DNA of 64,000 nt from an uncultured Spirochaetota bacterium (GTDB lineage: Bacteria > Spirochaetota > Brevinematia > Brevinematales > JAOACQ01). The position numbers and the translations under genes were made by a program. Below, piece by piece: positions 59,450 through 64,000 of this stretch; positions within the stretch are counted from its first letter, which is position 1; each line of letters starts with the position of its first letter. Below the pieces are notes generated by a model. The model was not told the DNA's origin. It made no database searches and saw only the letters and a list, made by a program, of their open reading frames with translations. The stretch covers positions 768,001 to 832,000 of the forward strand of contig CAVYGN010000002.1 in NCBI GenBank assembly GCA_963768055.1, in the 5' to 3' direction.

Positions 59450-61701
59450 TACGACGTTCCTCTCTTGATATCGATAAGATTAAGCCTTATTTCCTCATTC
59501 CCCTGGAATTTATTAATTTCCGGGGTTACAACCAGATCGAAATGCACATCTGAATTAACGATCATTTTGATTTTTTTTGACCAGTTCCAGCCTGTAACGG
59601 TTAAAGATTTCCCGTTTTTCTGAATAGTCATAAGAATATGTTCTCCGTTTCTGCCTATAACCCTGTTCGATACTATTTTTACATCTTTCATCAGCAGGCG
59701 GGGTATTTCATTTCCGTTTCCTGTCGGTTCGATAACATTTTCCAGATATCTTATCATATTGAGATTCAGCTCCTCAGCGTCATCGATTACAGCATCAATT
59801 AAAAGTTCTCTTCTTAAATCGTCTGGATTGAGGAGGTCCATATATTCTATTATCCTTTCCCTGAAAGGGCCTATGTTATCGGTTTTAATCGTAAACCCGC
59901 CCGCAGATTTATGGCCGCCGTACTGAATAACAAGGTTATTCAAAGAGTCGAGCATTTTGATGACGTCGAAACCGTTTGGAGCGCGTATGGAACCTGTTGA
60001 ATATTCCCTGTCTATAGCTACGATGATGACGGGGATACTGTAAAGATTAGAGAAGCGATTGGCGAGAAGCCCTGTCGTTCCTTTTGCAAACTTATCGGAC
60101 GATACAAAAAATATCCTGTCTGCAGCATTTGTATTTTTTTCAAGTAGAGTATTGATGATCTCTATGCCGTCATCGACAATATTTTTTCTTTCATTGTCTT
60201 TTGATATAATGTCTTTTACCAGCTCTTCCGATTCTTTTATCTTATTGGATATGAGAAGTTCGACACTGAAACTTGCATCGCCAACTCTTCCCGGAGAATT
60301 CAGAATCGGCGAAACGCTCCAGCTTATGTCCCTGCTTTTGACATGTTCGATATTCATATTGATGTCCCTGAGCAGCGTAATGAGGCCGATGGAGGAATGA
60401 GGTAATAAACGCAGTCCGTTTTTGACAATAGTCCTGTTCTCATCAATCAGAGGCATAATATCGGCGATAGTGCCTATAGCGGCAAGGGGGAGATATTCCT
60501 CATACAGTTCCAGGAGTTTCGTGTTTCTGCTGATTATAAGCCTTCTGTAAACTTCCGAACAGATATAACAATCATAGAGGCTTCGGTGCAGCTTTCCCGT
60601 TTCAGGATATAGACCCAGGGATTTCGCGACAGTTCCGAGCTTATGATCATTTATTTTTTTTATCATTACTCTTGCCATTTTTAGAGTGTCTTCAACAGGG
60701 TTATAAATGCAAACTTTCATGTTTTTTTTAAGTTCTCTCTCCAGAAATTTCAAGTCGAATTCGATAACGTTATGGCCTACAAGTCTGCAGCCGTCGATAA
60801 AATCTATAAACATTCCGAGAGCTTCCTGTATTGATCTGCCCTCTTTTTCAAGCATTTCATTTGTGATACATGTTAATTCTGTTATTTCATTCGTTATTTT
60901 GAGCGAGGGTTTGATAAGGGTTTGAAATTCCGCAAGTTTAATACCATTTTTTACCTTGATCGCCCCGATTTCTATTATCTCGTCCTTCGATGGGTTTAAA
61001 CCTGTAGTTTCAATATCGAAAAAAACGATTTCAATATTGTATGTTTCGCTAAGAGTCATTTTTTCAGCCATGCCGCAAACAAGCTTAAAGGCTACTGATG
61101 CACCGCTTAAAAAAGCGAAGGGATAACTGTCATGAGATATTTTTGGATTTATCACGGCGTAGGCCTCGGGTATTTTATCCCTGGCTTCATGGTGATCGGT
61201 TATTATCACATCGATTCCGATTGTCCGGGCGTATTCTATTTCAGGGATCGATGTTATTCCACAATCCACGGTTATGATCAGGCTGAAATCATTCAGTGCA
61301 GCCCAGCCGATTACATCCTTTGAAATCCCGTAATTTTCAGCGCCTTCAGGGACTCTATAACCTACGTTGGCATCCAGCCTTTGGAGATATTTGTATAAAA
61401 TAGCTGTGGCAGTCACTCCGTCAGCGTCCTTATCCCCGAAGATGAGAATACCCTGCTTCTCTCTTACCGCAAGTTCTATCCTTTCAATGGCTTTAACCAT
61501 GTCTTTAAAAAAAAACGGGGAATAAAGATTTAGAGGCGATGGTTTAATATAATGCTGGATCTTAGCGGGTGTATCAATACCTCGGCCCAGAAGAATGGTT
61601 GTTATCAATTCCGGGTAATGAAAATACTCGGAAATCTCATTCAACTTTTTTAAATTACGATCGGCAATCAGCCAGATCCTGTCCTTGTTTTGAAAATCCA
61701 T
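59449..61701 (-). CDS. recJ: ssDNA exonuclease RecJ with inserted DEDDh exonuclease domain
   Basis: GDKDADG; TVDCG; TDHH; IGTIAD; NSPGR; GSIR; GGHKSAGG; insert FDIETTGL...GHN..FD...HRSLYD. Confidence 0.93.
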   Translation of the reverse strand: MDFQNKDRIWLIADRNLKKLNEISEYFHYPELITTILLGRGIDTPAKIQHYIKPSPLNLYSPFFFKDMVKAIERIELAVREKQGILIFGDKDADGVTATAILYKYLQRLDANVGYRVPEGAENYGISKDVIGWAALNDFSLIITVDCGITSIPEIEYARTIGIDVIITDHHEARDKIPEAYAVINPKISHDSYPFAFLSGASVAFKLVCGMAEKMTLSETYNIEIVFFDIETTGLNPSKDEIIEIGAIKVKNGIKLAEFQTLIKPSLKITNEITELTCITNEMLEKEGRSIQEALGMFIDFIDGCRLVGHNVIEFDLKFLERELKKNMKVCIYNPVEDTLKMARVMIKKINDHKLGTVAKSLGLYPETGKLHRSLYDCYICSEVYRRLIISRNTKLLELYEEYLPLAAIGTIADIMPLIDENRTIVKNGLRLLPHSSIGLITLLRDINMNIEHVKSRDISWSVSPILNSPGRVGDASFSVELLISNKIKESEELVKDIISKDNERKNIVDDGIEIINTLLEKNTNAADRIFFVSSDKFAKGTTGLLANRFSNLYSIPVIIVAIDREYSTGSIRAPNGFDVIKMLDSLNNLVIQYGGHKSAGGFTIKTDNIGPFRERIIEYMDLLNPDDLRRELLIDAVIDDAEELNLNMIRYLENVIEPTGNGNEIPRLLMKDVKIVSNRVIGRNGEHILMTIQKNGKSLTVTGWNWSKKIKMIVNSDVHFDLVVTPEINKFQGNEEIRLNLIDIKRGTS

Positions 61702-61713
61702 TAAAAGGCCCCT

Positions 61714-62628
61714 TTAAGATTCAAGTACGATCGATAAAATAGCCATTCTTATAAAGAGGCCGTTATGGGCCTGGCGAAAATACGCTGAGCGTGGATCCCC
61801 GTCAACCTCATACTTTATTTCGTCTACCCTTGGGAGCGGGTGCATTACAATGGCTTTCTCAGGGAGTATATCGAGTATTTTTTTATCAATTATGTATATT
61901 CCTCTGGTTTTTTCGTATTCTTCCATGCTTGTGAATCTTTCCCTCTGGATCCTTGTCTGGTATACTACATCAATATTCTTTACAGTATCCTCGAGTTTGT
62001 CCGATTCCTCGTATATTACTTTATGTCTGTCAAGATAATCTTTTATATCATCTTTCATTCTTACATTCGGAGGGGCCACGAATATTATCCTGATATTCTT
62101 GAATTTTGTGAGAAGATAGGCCAATGACCTGGTTGTTCGTCCATTGGCAAGGTCTCCGACCATTGCTATATTTAAATCATCTATGTGGCCAAGTTCTTTT
62201 TTAATCGTATAAAGATCGAGGAGGGATTGTGTTGGGTGCTGTCCTGTCCCGTCTCCGGCGTTAATTATAGGAATATTAGAAACCTGGCTTGCTTTTCTTG
62301 CCGCTCCGTTTTCAGGATGTCTTATCACTATTACATCTCCATAACCGTTAAGGACGCGGATAGTGTCTTCAAGGGTTTCTCCCTTGGCAGCTGAAGAGAA
62401 ACTTGCGGCGTTTTCAGTGGAGATTACGCTTCCTCCAAGCTTTATCATGGCGGCTTCAAATGATAACCTGGTCCTTGTCGAGGGTTCATAAAAGAGGGTT
62501 ATAAGTATTTTATTTTTCAGAACAGTTACCCGATGGGATATTTTTTCCATTTTATTAGCTGTTTCAAAAATATATTCAAGATCCTGCCTGGAGAATTGCT
62601 GAGATTCAATTACATGCTTTAGTTTCAT
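61714..62628 (-). CDS. pyrB: Aspartate carbamoyltransferase catalytic subunit
   Basis: FYEPSTRTRLSFE; KGETLEDT; NAGDG..QHPTQ; TRIQRER; MHPLPR. Confidence 0.97.
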   Translation of the reverse strand: MKLKHVIESQQFSRQDLEYIFETANKMEKISHRVTVLKNKILITLFYEPSTRTRLSFEAAMIKLGGSVISTENAASFSSAAKGETLEDTIRVLNGYGDVIVIRHPENGAARKASQVSNIPIINAGDGTGQHPTQSLLDLYTIKKELGHIDDLNIAMVGDLANGRTTRSLAYLLTKFKNIRIIFVAPPNVRMKDDIKDYLDRHKVIYEESDKLEDTVKNIDVVYQTRIQRERFTSMEEYEKTRGIYIIDKKILDILPEKAIVMHPLPRVDEIKYEVDGDPRSAYFRQAHNGLFIRMAILSIVLES

Positions 62629-62642
62629 AAATTATCCCCATT

Positions 62643-63338
62643 CTATAAATACCCACCGCTGTACCTGATTGCAAGCTGATAGATATCGTCTTCTTTTTCA
62701 TTAAAGAGATGTGTGAAAAGCCCCGCCTTAGTCGTTTCACTGTATTCATCGCTCGATAGTTTCCCAATATATATAGCGTCCTTTCTATCCAGTCTGAGCT
62801 TTTCAATGGAGAGAATGATAAGTGCAGATAAAGGTTTAGTGATTCCTATCCCGTCTGAAAAGTTGAAATCATCGAAAAGATGATAGACCATCAGATCTTT
62901 TAAGAGCAGTTTTATTATATCACCTGTAGTTTTATCGGTTGTTGAAATGATTGATATCTTTTTACCCCTTTCCTTTAAAAGGTTAAGCGTGCTTGTTACA
63001 TTTTTCCGCAATTTAGGAGAAATTTGAAGGGTAGCGTCGATATAGCTGTCGTATATTTTTTTGAATATTACCCCATCCCTGATCCCCAGTTTTTGTATAA
63101 GATATTCGATCTGCTGAAAAGGCCCGCAGGCTAACCCCTTTTCCTCTTCATATTTTACGGCGTAATCGATCGATTCCGAATAAATTTTTCTGAGGGAGGT
63201 AAATTTTATGGGAAAGAGGGACTTTTCAAGTATTGTATAAATATTGTCAAGCCTGTATTTTTCCCTTTCAGCGGATCCGTACGAGTCGTCAAGGATAGTC
63301 TGGTAAAGATTGAAAATAATGCAGGAATAATCGTTCAT
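62643..63338 (-). CDS. Degenerate HAD-superfamily protein
   Basis: IIFNLYQTILD (motif I with D to N); IISTT; FSDGIGITKP; IYIGK instead of IGD. Confidence 0.7.
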   Translation of the reverse strand: MNDYSCIIFNLYQTILDDSYGSAEREKYRLDNIYTILEKSLFPIKFTSLRKIYSESIDYAVKYEEEKGLACGPFQQIEYLIQKLGIRDGVIFKKIYDSYIDATLQISPKLRKNVTSTLNLLKERGKKISIISTTDKTTGDIIKLLLKDLMVYHLFDDFNFSDGIGITKPLSALIILSIEKLRLDRKDAIYIGKLSSDEYSETTKAGLFTHLFNEKEDDIYQLAIRYSGGYL

Positions 63339-63351
63339 ATCTCCTCCGATT

Positions 63352-63999
63352 TCATTCTGTAACTTTGACTGTGGAAATAGAAGAAACCTCGTCGTCGCCG
63401 GCTATATCCATCAGTTTGAGAAGATTTGAGCTAACTTTAACTACCCCCATGGAAATTCTTCGGCCGTTTTTAGTGGTTATGATAAGAGTATCGTCTTCTT
63501 CACACTGAACAAAACTAGCGAGGCTTCTGCCTTTACCCAGGAGGACAAGCTTATGTCCCTTTACTCCCCTGTTTAAAAGTTCTGAAAAATCGGAAGGTTT
63601 TACCTTTCTTCCCCTGCCGTCTTTTGTGATAAATATGATAAATTTATCATTGTCGGCTGTTTCCATGCCAAGAACCTCTTCTTCGGGGCCGGTAACCGAA
63701 GTTGCCTTCTCTCCGCCGACTCCCCTGTTATGCACTGTAAACAAATTCTCATCGAACCTGAAACCCTTGGCATTTTTCTTTATAAGAAACAGTTTTTTTG
63801 TTCCATCGGTTATGACCGCGCCCACAACTGCGTCGCCGGCCTTCAAATTTATGCTGTTAACTCCGGTCCTGTTTATGTTCTCGAAATTCGTGAGCGATAT
63901 CCTGGCTGCTTTTCCCTTTTTAGTAATAAACAGGATGAAATGGTTCTTGGTAAATTCATGTACAACAAGAACGGCCGTGATCATTTCACCCCTTATTTC
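63352..63999 (-). CDS. GyrA/ParC C-terminal beta-pinwheel, partial (5' part is outside the window)
   Basis: Repeated blades FITKKGKAARI, RTGVNSINLKAGDAVV, RGVGGE, FITKDGRGRKV, ITTKNGRRI; frame open to the window edge. Confidence 0.85.
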   Translation of the reverse strand, partial: EIRGEMITAVLVVHEFTKNHFILFITKKGKAARISLTNFENINRTGVNSINLKAGDAVVGAVITDGTKKLFLIKKNAKGFRFDENLFTVHNRGVGGEKATSVTGPEEEVLGMETADNDKFIIFITKDGRGRKVKPSDFSELLNRGVKGHKLVLLGKGRSLASFVQCEEDDTLIITTKNGRRISMGVVKVSSNLLKLMDIAGDDEVSSISTVKVTE

Positions 64000-64000
64000 A

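Overview
64-kb chromosomal segment of a bacterium that is most likely a spirochaete (flgM, a beta-barrel/FlgD-Ig/OmpA giant protein, a BAPKO_0422-like barrel, an MBL-cNMP phosphodiesterase and a divergent 16S; a deep-branching Brevinematales-like lineage is my unverified guess). It is mostly housekeeping: der, rsmI, rpsB-tsf-pyrH-rsmD-tsaB, aspS-metX-metW, mraY, trmI, holB-like, recJ, pyrB and the 3' end of gyrA/parC. It also holds a complete linked rRNA operon (16S-tRNA-Ile-tRNA-Ala-23S-5S), tRNA-Gly, a GldA/F/G-DUF4340 ABC cassette and a ~14-kb convergent L-arabinose locus (LacI-araB-araD-unknown-ytfQRT-yjfF >< egsA/araM-tkt-araA). I found no CRISPR array, transposase or prophage. The most notable observations are: (1) metX has no ATG/GTG/TTG upstream of its conserved N-terminus, apparently starts at AUA behind a GGAGG, and is in frame with aspS across a single TAA; (2) a sigma-28-like promoter precedes an LPP20-like exported protein and a stand-alone CHAT (caspase-like) protease; (3) RecJ carries an intact DEDDh 3'-5' exonuclease inserted in its DHH domain; (4) the ytfQ leader has three SD sequences, an ATG-TAG start-stop ORF and competing hairpins; (5) an exact 16-bp candidate LacI operator occurs twice. 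All family assignments come from motif recognition by eye, not from database searches.
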